Below the pieces are notes generated by a model, which searched no databases, was not told the DNA's origin, and saw only the letters and a program-made list of their open reading frames with translations. Below, one piece after another: positions 1 through 11,225 of a stretch of DNA of 64,000 nucleotides. Position numbers and translations under genes: made by a program. How positions within the stretch are numbered: the first letter of the stretch is position 1; the number at the start of each line of letters is the position of its first letter. This DNA is from Squalus acanthias (lineage: Eukaryota), in contig CM059432.1 in NCBI GenBank assembly GCA_030390025.1, forward strand, positions 112,284,001 to 112,348,000, in the 5' to 3' direction.

Positions 1-2359
1 AACCCTCAATGTGGAAGTCCCATTTGCGAAATGACACAGGCCACAACTTCAACAGTTTGCCATCAGAATTTTTTATCACAACAAGCAACTGATGGCATTT
101 CAAAAATAAACACAACATAACACCCAAGTCACTACCCTTGTGACTACTTGTGCATTATCTTCCTCTTATGCGTGCTCCTACGTGGTGCTTCCCCTGTGGC
201 TTCAGCAGTAATGGAGGCCCCTTGCTCACTTTCTTGCTGCTCCTGTCTTGACACCTTTGGTGACCGTCCTCTGGGGTTGCGAACCTGTGAGGGCTCGGCA
301 ACAGTCTGCTGCTCCTGCGGCTGTGCAGGGGATGAGACACCCATCTCAGTTGGGTGAGGACTCTGGTGGGGCTCTGACCGAGGGCTTTGCAGTGGCATGG
401 TCGTGTGAGCGCTTGGAGAGGAGCCCCCACTTCCTTGTTGTCTGCCACCAACATCCCTCTCATAGGTCAGCTCCACTTCATAGGTAGCAAGTGGCTTTAC
501 AGCACCTTGCTGCACTTCAGGGGGGCCATGAGGACCCGTTTCTGCACTGGAAGTCCTACTCCAGTGGACTTCCATGAAGGTCTGGTTTCTATGCTCAATA
601 GCTGACCATCGCTCCTCAAGAGATGCCAGTCTATTCTGAACAATGACCATGTATTCAACACTCTGGCGACTTAGCTCCTCCATGGCCTTGGCCATCCTCT
701 CCTCTATTGTAGCCATCCTTTCCACGGAGGTTGCCATCCTTTCCATGGTGATGCGTTCATGCACCAATGCCTCCACAAAGGCTCTGCTCCTGTTCGCGAT
801 GGACTCTTCCATTCGCTCACACTCGCAGCGACCCTGAAGAAAAAACCTGCCAGAGACTCCTGCACCTGTTCCTGGAGTTCCAGCACCGCTCTCCTTCTGG
901 ATGGACCCGGAGACACAGGGTCGACATGCAGCTGAGCCGAGCTGGCAGATTCCTGCGCCCTCCGACGAGGACTCTCCACTGCTGTCCCTGTCTCTACCAT
1001 CTGCTGATGCTCACTTGTACACTGTGATACACCAGGTGACAACACTACTCTATCTCGTGAAGGTCCCACCGAGGTGTGAGTGTCTGCGCTGGTGCTGGGT
1101 GCGCTGAATTCTGCTGACGCTATGCTCTCAGAGGTTGCAGCTTCCTCTGAGGAGTCTTGAAGCTCAGACTGTTCCTCCTGGACAGTGGGGACGGGGGCTA
1201 TCGATGGTCCTGTGGGGGAGTAAAGGAAAGAGTTAGAGATGTGAGGTAAAGGTTGCATGCACATTGAATTGTGCAGATGGTCATAACTCAATCTGCTAGA
1301 GCATCAGAATCATTATCAGTCACTCATGCAATGTCAATGAGAGAGATGCCAAACTATTCTGTCACCAGCTTGCTGTGATGCGCCCGTCTGTCCGTCCCCC
1401 ACTTGCGAATCTTCCTCGACACCGGCGATTTCCAGGGCCGCATCCTCCGAGGTGGTGAGCTGGGCTACTGAGGGTGGCCCTCCTCCTGTCCTCGCTCTTT
1501 CTCTCTTATTGTGGGCTCTCTTTTCCTGCAATGAGGGACACAGTGGAGTTTGAGTGAGAATGAAGGAGTGAGTGCAGAGAATCCATAGCATAGATGCTTA
1601 GAAGGAGACAAAGTGCCCTCCCTGTGTGTTGTAAGTTGTTGTCATTGCATCACAGTGATAGGGAGTGTGAGGGCTGCATGATCGAATAGTTAAGTGAATG
1701 TGACCATAGAGAGGGAATGGATAAGGGTGCAGGGATGTCAGTGTCAAGTGGGATGTGGAGGAAGAGGTTGGCAAAGCAGAATGCTGGTGAGGAGAGGCAA
1801 TGGGGATCAGATTGAGGGTGATGGGAAAGTCATACTCACTTTTCCTGTGCGGAGAAGGTCATGAAACCTTTTCCTGCATTGCAGCCAGGTTCTGCGGCAC
1901 ATAGAGATTGAGTTGACCTCCTGGGCCACTTGCATCCACACAGCTTTAGTCTGCTGGGGAGGCTTTTTCCTCCCTGAGGAAGGGAAGAGCACCTCCTTAT
2001 TTGATCTTGCTCCCTCCACCAGAGCTTGGAGGGAGGCCTCATCGAACCTTGGCGCACACTTTGGCCTACTGCTGGACATAGTTGCTGAATGAAGCGATCA
2101 GAACAATGGGCATAAAGTTTAAAGTCTCCAGAAGAAGCAAGGCTGCTTGCAGGCCTAAAATCCAGCAGCATTGATGACGTCATCGGAGGCGACTTTCTGT
2201 ATGAAAAGACTCATTGGGCCAGGGGTTTCCACACGCTGGAAATCAAGTGCCCAATTAGGGCAAAATCGCACTTCTTTCCCACTTCACATCAGAGTCGGGG
2301 TCCTGACACGAAAACCACCTGACACGCCCCAGCCCGCCCCCAATGGCAAAATCAAGCCC
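1..2359 (-). mobile_element. PIF/Harbinger transposon H1, Myb-gene half (rest lies left of the window)
   Basis: Myb/SANT gene on the minus strand. Terminus AAAATCAAGCCC (rc GGGCTTGATTTT) resembles the other Harbinger ends. Clearly homologous to the Myb half of H3. Confidence 0.85.
144..2079 (-). pseudogene. Harbinger Myb/SANT-like DNA-binding protein gene, 3 exons (2079-1840, 1525-1366, 1209-144)
   Basis: Exon 1 APRFDEASLQALV...W..VA.EV...RTWLQCRKRFHDL. Exon 2 EKRAHNKRERARTGGG. GT-AG introns of phase 0 and 1 join in frame. One frameshift near 820-840. Confidence 0.85.
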
Positions 2360-3006
2360 AGTGTCTCTCTGTTCTTGCACCCGCTTTAAAATTGTAACAT
2401 TTTGTTTATATTACCTATCTTCATTCTTCCTACCAAAATGCATCACTTCACACTTCTCTGCATTAAATTGCATGTGCCATGTGACTGCCCATTATACCAG
2501 ACTGTCTATGTTCTCCTGAAGTCTGTTCCTATCCTTCTCACTGTTTACTACATTTCCAAGTTTTGTGTCATCTGCAAACATTGAAATTATGCCCTGTATA
2601 CCCAAGTCCAGGTCATTAATATATGTCAAAAAGAGCAGTGGTCCTAATACTGACCCCTGGGGAACACAACTGTATACTTCCCTCCAGTCTGAAAAACAAT
2701 TCACTACTATTTGCTGCTTTCTGTCTTTTAGGCAATTTTGTAACCACGCTGCCACTGCCTCTTTAATCCCATGGGCTTCAATTTGGCTAACAAGTCTATT
2801 ATGTGGTACTTTATCAAACGCCTTTTGGAAGTCCATATAGATAACAGTAACCACACTACCCTCATCAACCCTCTCCATTACTTCATTGAAGAATTGAATC
2901 AAGTTAGACAAACACGATTTGCCTTTAACAAATCTGTGCTGGCTGTCATTTATTAACCAGTATTTTTCCAAATGACAGTTAATTTTGTCTCGGTTATTGT
3001 CTCTTC

Positions 3007-4311
3007 GGCCGCGATTTTGCAAATGGATGCGGCTTGGGAGCGGGTCAGCTGGTTTCCGGGTTCCAGTCCCACCCCCAACTGCATCCGGCCCACGGATGTG
3101 ATTTTCCCTTGATTGACCTTGTTAAGCCCGCCCTGCGGGCTTGCCGGCCAATTAAGAGGAAGCCGGTCAGATGACGTCATTTGATGACATGTCATCTGCC
3201 GGTTTTCTTAAAGGGACAACGCACAATGTTTTTTTGACAGCTCATTTATCAGTGTTTGACAGCATTGAGGTGCTGCAAACACTGACAATTACTGTTCATA
3301 GGTGAATTCTTGCACCCAGGCTCTCCAGTGACTCCCTCCTTAGGCTAGAACAGATGGCAGCTGCAGGTGAGGTTACATAGAAACATAGAATCTAGGAGCA
3401 GGAGTAGGCCATTCGGCCCATCGAGCCTGCTCCACCATTCAATACGATCATGGCTGATCATTCAAATCCAGTACCCTGTCCCTGCTTTAATCCCCACAGT
3501 ACACATATCCCACCCTAGCCCCGTAACCCCACATATTTAAGTCCCCCTAACATATCCCATCCTATCCCCATAACCCCACATATTTAATCCCCCCCCTAAC
3601 ACTAAGGGTCAATTTATCATAGCCAAATCAACCTAACCTGCACATTTTTGGACTGTGGGAGGAAACCGGAGCACCCGGAGGAAACCCACGCAGACACGGG
3701 GAGAATGTGCAAACTCCACACAGACAGTCACCCGAGGTCAGATTCGAACCCGGGTCTCTGGCGCTGTGAGGCACCAGTGCTAACCACTATGCCACCGTGT
3801 TGCCCAGAAGTGATCTGTCACTGGTGAGAGAGGTTCTCCCAATGAGGTTGGACTAGACATCCAATTCAAAACTTGTTACCTACAGAAAAGTGTAAATGCA
3901 TTAAAAATTATTTTCCCAACATTTTCTTACCTCTGGAACTCACCAGTGCACCATTGGATCCTTCACACCACTTCTGCAGCTGTCATCAATGCAGAAACAT
4001 TACAGAAGACTCACAACACGCCACACTTACCTGGCGTGGTGTCCGGACATCGGGAAACCCAAGGCAGAAGCGGCAAAATTGAAAAAGAGCCTGTTAACAA
4101 CTGTCAAGTACCTGTTAACAGGCAGGTAAGTGGCTTTAATCCTCTTCCCACCGCTAGGTGTCGGGTCCATGCGCAAATCAGGGACCCGACGCTTGGGAAG
4201 ATTGATTGGAGGTGGGTTGACAGCGGGTTTCCTACCCGCTGTCAATCTTTGCGATTTTGACAGCAGTCCCGCCTCCAAACCTGCACTCTGAGCGCCGGCA
4301 AAATTCTGGCC
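3007..4311 (+). mobile_element. Internally deleted non-autonomous Harbinger element
   Basis: TIRs GGCCGCGATTTTGC / GCAAAATTCTGGCC, flanks TTC/TTA. Left arm homologous to 17194-17500 and to the reverse complement of 12780-13039. Confidence 0.75.
3375..3805 (-). mobile_element. Full-length tRNA-derived V-SINE (HE1-like)
   Basis: Near-identical reverse complement of 8617-9048, with A/B boxes, V-domain and CR1-type tail. Confidence 0.9.
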
Positions 4312-4609
4312 TTAATGTTTCCCCACTACCAATGTTAGGCTGTAACAGGGGTGTAACCTTTGCAATCCTCTCGCACCACTCCCATATCTAAAGAGGACTG
4401 GACAATTGTGGCCAGAGCCTCCGCTATCTCCACCTTCAGGAATCTAGGATGCATCCCATCCGGATCGGGTGACTTTTATACTTTGTGCGCTGCCAACCCT
4501 GTAAGTACCTCATCTTCATCTATTTTTATCCTATTCAATTTCTCTACCACGTCCTCCTTTGCTGTGTCTGTGAGTAGCTTCATTAATATTGTACATGAAT
4601 TCTTCAACC

Positions 4610-4963
4610 TAGAGTTGCCTACTCTGGTTGTACCGTATTCTACGAAATTTCATCACATGACCTCCATCCTTCAAGTATCCCACCTCCACCTCTGGTTACC
4701 CAACATGTCAATCTTGCAACAATCAGTCAATAATGGCGGTTAGAATACCCACAATCCTCTTTCCTCCAGAAACCACTCCATCCAACACGTGGTTTTTCCA
4801 GTTTGAGCGCACATGCGCCAGGGCAGCATTGCATTCTGTACAAGTTACGACCCTGCTGTTTATGAGAAATGCGAGAAAAAAATGTCCTATATTTTCTTCT
4901 CCTTGGTTTCTCACAGGAGTGTCTGGGAGATCAATCTTTAACCAGGAAAGGTTGGCAACACTA
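4610..4963. mobile_element. Old non-autonomous DNA transposon with TAGGGTTGCCAAC-like ends (superfamily uncertain)
   Basis: Ends TAGAGTTGCCTAC / GTTGGCAACACTA. Internal similarity to 49740-49985 (ATTTCATCACATGA, GGAGATYAATCTT). Confidence 0.55.
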
Positions 4964-5772
4964 CCCCAGCTTCTCTTAAAAGCTTGAACATCATATTTTA
5001 ACCGAGAGCTTTCACTCTGCCAGCTGAAGAAAGGTGCCATAATCTAAGCATTTGCAGTGTGTACAATTTTCCAGCATGCATTAGATGGACTGTCAATGGA
5101 ACTGGAAATTTGTTTCTCACCAGGTTGTTTTTCCAAGTGATTTGAAGAAATGCAGAAAATTTCAAAAGCTTTTTTTTAAGGGAAAATTTCAATGAAATTA
5201 ATTATCAATTGTTTTTTTTAACTTCAAAGAGGTTGCCTCCAGACAGTGAAAGCAAGTAAAAGAAAAACAGAGACAAGTGGTGATTGTAGTTCCTGCTCTT
5301 CCTTTTTTCTTTTTGAATTCTGAAACAATCATTGTTCACAAAAAAATATTTATTTTCTCAGTGTAAAACTGTAAATGTGCCTTTGTACAGGCTACAGTTA
5401 ATTTTGTTTTCAAAACTGATTTGTAAATGTTGGAAGATGAATTTAGAATTTTGTCAGATGAACTATTAGGAAGTATATATATTTTTTGTTCATTCATGGG
5501 ATGTGGGCGTCGCTGGCAAAGCCAGCATTTATTGCCCATCCCTTATTGCCCTCGAGAAGGTGGTGGTGAGCTGCCTTCTTGAACCGCTGCAGTCCGTGTA
5601 CTGAAGGTGCTCCCACTGTGCTGTTAGGTAGTGAGTTCCAAGAATTTGACCCAGGGACGATGAAGGGAACAGCAATATATTTCCAAGTCAGGAGCCTGCT
5701 GCCCTTATCCTTTTGGGTGGTAGAGGTCGGGGTTTGGGAGGTGCTGAGGAAGAAGCCTTGGCAAGTTGCTGC

Positions 5773-7226
5773 TCATAGAATCATAGAAAGTTACAGCACG
5801 GAAGGAGGCCATTTCGGCCCATCGTGTCCGTGCCGGCCAACAAAGAGCTATCCAGCCTAATCCCACTTCCCAGCTCTTGGTCCGTAGCCCTGCAGGTTAC
5901 AGCATCCCAAGTGCACATCCAAGTACTTTTTAAATGTGGTTAGGGTTCCTGCCTCTACCACCCTTTCAGGCAGTGAGTTCTAGACCCCCACAACCCTCTG
6001 GGTGAAGAAATTTCCCCTCAAATCCCCTCTAAACCTTCCACCAATTACTTTAAATCTGTGCCCCCTGGTTTTTGACCCCTCTGCTAAGGGAAATAGGTCC
6101 TTTCTATCCACTTTATCTATGCCTCTCATAATTTTATACACCTCAATAAGGTCTCCCCTCAGCCTCCTCTGTTCCAAGGAAAACAGACCCAGCCTATCCA
6201 GTCTTCCCTCATAGCTAAGATTCTCTACTCCCAGCAACATCCTTGTAAATCTCCTCTGTACCCTCTCTAGTGCAATCACATCTTTCCTGTAATGTGGTGA
6301 CCAGAACTACACGCAGTACTCTAGCTGAGGCCTAACTAGTGTTTTATACAGTTGAAGTATAACCCCCCGCTCTTGTATTCTATGCCACGGCTAATAAAGG
6401 CAAGTATTCCGTATGCCTTCTTAACCACCTTATCTACCTGGCCTGCTACCTTCAGGGATCTGTGGACATGCACTCCAAGGTCCCTTTGTTCCTCTACACT
6501 ACTCAGTGTCCTACCATTTAATGTGTATTCCCTTTCCTTGTTAGCCCTCCCCAAATGCATTACCTCACACTTCTCCGGATTGCATTCCATTTGCCACTGT
6601 TCTGCCCACCTGACCAATTTATTGATATCTTCCTGCAGTCTACAGCTTCCTTCTTCAGTATCAACCACACAGCCGATTTTAGTATCATCTGCAAACTTCT
6701 TAATCATACCCACTATATTCAAGTCTTAATCATTGATATAGACATATACCACAAAAAGCAAGGGACATAGAAACATAGAAACTAGGAGCAGGAGTAGGCC
6801 ATTCGGCCCGTCGAGCCTGCTCCACCATTCAATACGATCATGGCTGATCATCCAAATCCAGTACCCTGTCCCTGCTTTCTCACACAGAATCCCCATCGAG
6901 CCTGCACCGACACATATCCCACCCTATCCCCGTAACCCCACGTATTTAATTTCCCCTAACATATCCCATCCTATCCCCGTAACCCCACATATTTAATCCC
7001 CCCCTAACACTAAGGGTCAATTTATCATAGCCAAATCAACCTAACCCGCACATTTTTGGACCTAGTACTGAGCCCTGCGGAACCCCACTGGAAACAGCCT
7101 TCCAGTCACAAAAACACCCATCAACCATTACCCTCTGCTTCCTGTCTCCAAGCCAGTTTTGAATCCAACTTGACACTTTGCTCTGGATCTCATGGGCTTT
7201 TAACTTCGTGACCAGTCGGCCATGTG
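5773..7226 (-). mobile_element. 5'-truncated young CR1 LINE (same subfamily as 21984-25139)
   Basis: ORFs 6336..6722 (KFADDTK) and 5980..6279. Near-identical to 21984-23140. Confidence 0.92.
6766..7060 (-). mobile_element. 5'-truncated V-SINE inserted in CR1
   Basis: Matches the 3' part of the SINE at 3375-3650. Flanked by GGAC repeats. Removing it restores AAGGGACCTAGTACT as seen at about 22966. Confidence 0.85.
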
Positions 7227-7819
7227 CTGTGCATCTTGTAGATGGTACACACTGCAGCTATGGTGCGCCGGTGGTGTAAGTAGTGAATGGTTAAGGTGGT
7301 GGATGGGAGATTGGGAAATTAGATTCAAAGGTATGATGGTGGATAAGCAGTAGCAAATATTTAAAGAAATGTTCCAAAATTGTCAACGAATTTGCATTCC
7401 ATTGAGAAATAAAAACTCCACGGTAAAAGTGATCCATCCATGGCTAACTAAACAAGTTAAGGATAGTAATAGTTTAAAAGAAGAGGCTTATAATGTTGCG
7501 AAGAATAGTAGTAAGCCTGAGGATTGTGAAAGCTTTAGAAACCAGCAAAGGATGACAAAAAATTGATAAAAAGGGAGAGAATAGAATTTGAGAGCAAACT
7601 AGCAAGAAATATAAAAACAAATTGTAAGAGCTTCTACAAATATGTAAAAAGGAAGTGAGCAGCAAAAGTAAGCATTGGTCCCTTAGAGGCTGAGACAGGA
7701 GAGATTATAATGGGGAATAAGGAAATGACATATTTTGTATCTGTCTTCACAGCAGAAAACACAAAAAGCATACCAAAAATAGTGGGGAACCAAGGGGCTG
7801 TGAGAGTGAGGAACTTAAA

Positions 7820-8564
7820 GGGCTAGAAATTCGGCTGGTTAGCGCCTCCCGTTAGTGCCTCCAGAGGCCGATAAAGGGGCGCTAACCACTTACTGCCCGG
7901 GCGCGGCGAGAATATCGCCTCCTGCTAAATTCAGCGGGAGGTTTGTGGCAGCGGGATGGGGTTGTGCCCTGATCTCCTTCGCCCAGAATTCGTGACGTCA
8001 TCGCTGTGCGCATCACCCCGGACTGAACTTCGGTTTCATCCCCTGTCACATCGCCAGGCGAAAACACTGGCAGCTGCAGGAGGCGTTCATCGGGAGGCCG
8101 GGCGCTGCAGGGGCGATACTTAAAGGCGAGGTGGCTACTGAAAAAAACGACTGAAATGCTGGTTCTCTGTTTTTTTTGCTTTTCCCCCAGTGCTCGATCA
8201 GCCTGGCACTCTGCTGCAGTGCATTGGACTGATTGGGTCGGATCGCGGCTGCCGTCAGGGACCAGGTAAGTTGCTTTCCATTGCAGAGCCTGCAGCGATG
8301 GCCCTTACCTTTAAGGGAGGGAAGGAGAAATTCCAATGCGGCAGCGTTGCACGGCCCATTGTGCAGCGCTGCACACCCACCGCCCCCCCCTGCTGCCTGT
8401 TGCGCTCCAGGAAAGAAGTGGAGCTCTTGATTTAGCACTCCACTACCTTCCTAGAGTGAAAAAACACATTTTTTTAAAGTTGAAAGACATTAGTGGCTGG
8501 TGCAAAATTTTTTCAAGTTTTAAAAGTTAGCGTTGAAAACGGGGCTATAATGAATTTCTTCCCC
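7820..8564 (+). mobile_element. Harbinger-type MITE
   Basis: TIRs GGGCTAGAAATTC / GAATTTCTTCCCC, 3-bp TSD AAA. Left arm resembles the left end of H2 (20429). Confidence 0.85.
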
Positions 8565-8616
8565 AAAGTAATTAATATCAGGAGAGAAAAAGTACTTGAG
8601 AAACTAATGGGACTAA

Positions 8617-9048
8617 GGGCAACACGGTGGCATAGTGGTTAGCACTGGTGCCTCACAGCGCCAGAGACCCGGGTTCGAATCTGACCTCGGGTGACTGTCT
8701 GTGTGGAGTTTGCACATTCTCCCCGTGTCTGCGTGGGTTTCCTCCGGGTACTCCGGTTTCCTCCCACAGTCCAAAAATGTGTGGGTTAGGTTGATTTGGC
8801 TATGATAAATTGACCCTTAGTGTTAGGGGGGATTAAATATGTGGGGTTATGGGGATAGGATGGGATATGTTGGGGGAATTAAATACGTGGGGTTACGGGG
8901 GTAGGGTGGGATATGTGTACTGTGGGGATTAAAGCAGGGACAGGGTACTGGATTTGGATGATCAGCCATGATCGTATTGAATGGCGGAGCAGGCTCGACG
9001 GGCCGAATGGCCTACTCCTGCTCCTAGATTCTATGTTTCTATGTTTCT
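8617..9048 (+). mobile_element. Full-length tRNA-derived V-SINE (HE1-like)
   Basis: A box TGGCATAGTGG, B box GGTTCGAATC, V-domain GGAGTTTGCACATTCTCCCCGTGTCTGCGTGGGTTTCCTCCGGG, CR1-like tail. 10-bp TSD ATGGGACTAA (8607-8616, 9049-9058). Confidence 0.93.
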
Positions 9049-9974
9049 ATGGGACTAAAAGCCAACAAATCCCCTGGGCCTGAGGGCCTAAATCCTAGGG
9101 TTCTAAAAGAGGTGGCTGCAGAGATAGTGGATGCATTGGTTGTGATCTTCCAAAATTCCCCAGATTCTAGAATGGTCCCAGTGGATTGGAAATTAGCAAA
9201 TGTAACCCCACTATTCAAGAAAGGAGGGAGAGAGAAAAAAGGGAACTACAGGCTAGTTAGCCTGACATCAGTCGTTGGGAAAATGCTGGAATCCATTGTT
9301 AAGGAAGTGGTATCAAGGCACTTACAAAATCATAACATGATTAGGCAGAGTCAACATGGTTTTATGAAAGGGAAATTGTGTTTGACAAATTTATTAGAGT
9401 TTTTTGAGGATGTAACTAGCACGGTAGATAAAGGGGAACCAGTGGATGTAGTATATTTGGATTTCAAAGAGGCATTCGATGTGGTGCCACATAAAAGGTT
9501 GTTATGCAAGATAAGGGCACATGAGGTTGGGGGTAATGTATTAGCATGGAAAGAGGATTGGTTAACGGACAGAACAAAGAGAGTAGGGATAAACAGGTCA
9601 ATTTCATGTTGGCAGGCTGTAACTAGTGGGGTGCCGCAAGGATCAGTGCTTGGGTCTCAGCTATTCACAATCTATATTACTGACTTAGATGAAGAGACCG
9701 AATGTAATGTACCAAGTTGCTGATGATACAAAGCTAGGTGGGAAAGTAAGCTGTGAGGAGGACACAGAGAACCTATAAAGGGATATAGACAGATTAAGTG
9801 AGTGGGCAATAAGGTGGCAGATGGAGTTTAATGTGGGGAAATGTGAGGTTATTCACTTTGGTAGAAAGAATAGAAAAACAGAATATTTCTAAATGCTGAG
9901 AAACTATTAAATGTTGGTGTTCAGAGAAATTTAGGTATCCTCGTACAGGAAACACAGAGAGTTAGCATACAGGT

Positions 9975-11225
9975 ACTAATCTAATTGAATTTTTTGATGA
10001 AGTAACAGAGAGGATTGATGAAGGGAATGCAATGGATGTTGTCTACATGGATTTTAGGAAGGCGTTTGACAAAGTACCACATAGAAGGCTGGTTAACAAA
10101 ATTGAGGCTCATGGAATAGGTGGGTCAGTGGCAGCTTGGATAAGGAATTGGCTTAAGGACAGAAAACAGTGAGTTGTGGTAAATGGCTGTTTTTCAGACT
10201 GGAGGATGGTAGACAGTGGTGTTCCCCAAGGGACATTGCTGAGGCCACTGCTTTTTTTGATATATATAAATTACCTGGATATTGGAATACAAAGTAGAAT
10301 TTCTAAATTTGCCAATGACACCAAACTTGGGGGTGTGGCAAACAGTGAGGATGATACCAATCGACTACAACAGGATATAGAAAGGCTAGCAGAATGGGCA
10401 GACAAGTGGTAGATGGAATTTAATACAGAGAAGTGTGAGGTGATGCATTTTGGCAGAAGGAACAGGGAGAGGCAATATGCACTTAATGGCACAGTTTTAA
10501 AGAGTGTGCAGGGACAGAGGGACCTGGGAGTTAATGTGCATAGGTCCCTGAAGGTGGGAGGACATATTGAGAGAGTGGTTAGCAAAGCATATGGGATCTT
10601 GGGTTTCATAAATAGAGGTATTGAGTACAAAAGTGGAGAAGTTATGCTGAATCTTTATAAAGCGCTGGTTAGGCCACAACTGGAGTATTGCGTCCAGTTC
10701 TGGTCACCACACTTTAGGAAGGATGTGAAGGCACTTGAGAGGGTGCAGAGGAGATTTACCAGAATGGTTCCGGGGATTTGTGATCTTTGCTACAAGGACA
10801 GGTTGGAGAAGCTGGATTTGTTTTCATTGGAGCAAAGGAGGTTGAGGGGTGATTTGATAGAGGTGTAGAAGATTATGATGGGTTTGGATAGGCTAGATGG
10901 GGAAAGGCTGTTCTCACTAGTTGATGGTACAAGGACTAGGGGACACAGATTTAAGGTTTTGGGCAAGAAATTCGGGGGGTTGTGAGGAAAAACTTTTTTA
11001 CGCAGCGAGTGGTGAGGACCTGGAACTCGCTGCCGACGAAAGTGGTGGAAGCAGACACACTCAATGTTTTCAAGGGGAGACTGGATAGGCACTTGAGGGA
11101 AATAAACTTGCAGGGCTACGGGGATAGGGTGGGGGCATGAGACTGACTGGATTGCTCTGCAGAGAGCCGGCACGGACTTGATAGGCCGAATGGCCTCCTT
11201 CTGTGCCGTTATGACTCTATGACTC
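9975..11225 (+). mobile_element. 5'-truncated CR1 nested in CR1
   Basis: RT restarts at TNLIEFF. ORFs 10176..10412 and 10413..10868. Own (ATGACTCT)n tail. Confidence 0.88.

Larger units (their letters stand above)
2360..4560 (-). mobile_element. CR1 LINE ORF2 (RT) fragment, split by the 3007-4311 insertion
   Basis: ORF 2492..3022 has [44 protein letters not shown]1 sequence resumes after 4311. Confidence 0.9.
5488..7308 (-). mobile_element. 3' fragment of a second LINE lineage (CR1/L2 group), split by the CR1 at 5773-7226
   Basis: 5488-5772 plus 7227-7308 align with the copy at 56300-57245. (AATG)n-like tail. Confidence 0.65.

Noticed and set aside
1807..2079. Host gene NAIF1 or MSANTD family
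   Set aside because: It sits next to a Harbinger TIR, is multi-copy, and exon 3 is frameshifted.
8617..8695. tRNA gene
   Set aside because: The A/B boxes are the head of a SINE that has a V-domain, LINE tail and TSD.
9049..9723. Novel or prokaryote-type reverse transcriptase system
   Set aside because: The RT ORFs carry ordinary LINE motifs and LINE 3' tails, and all are disrupted.
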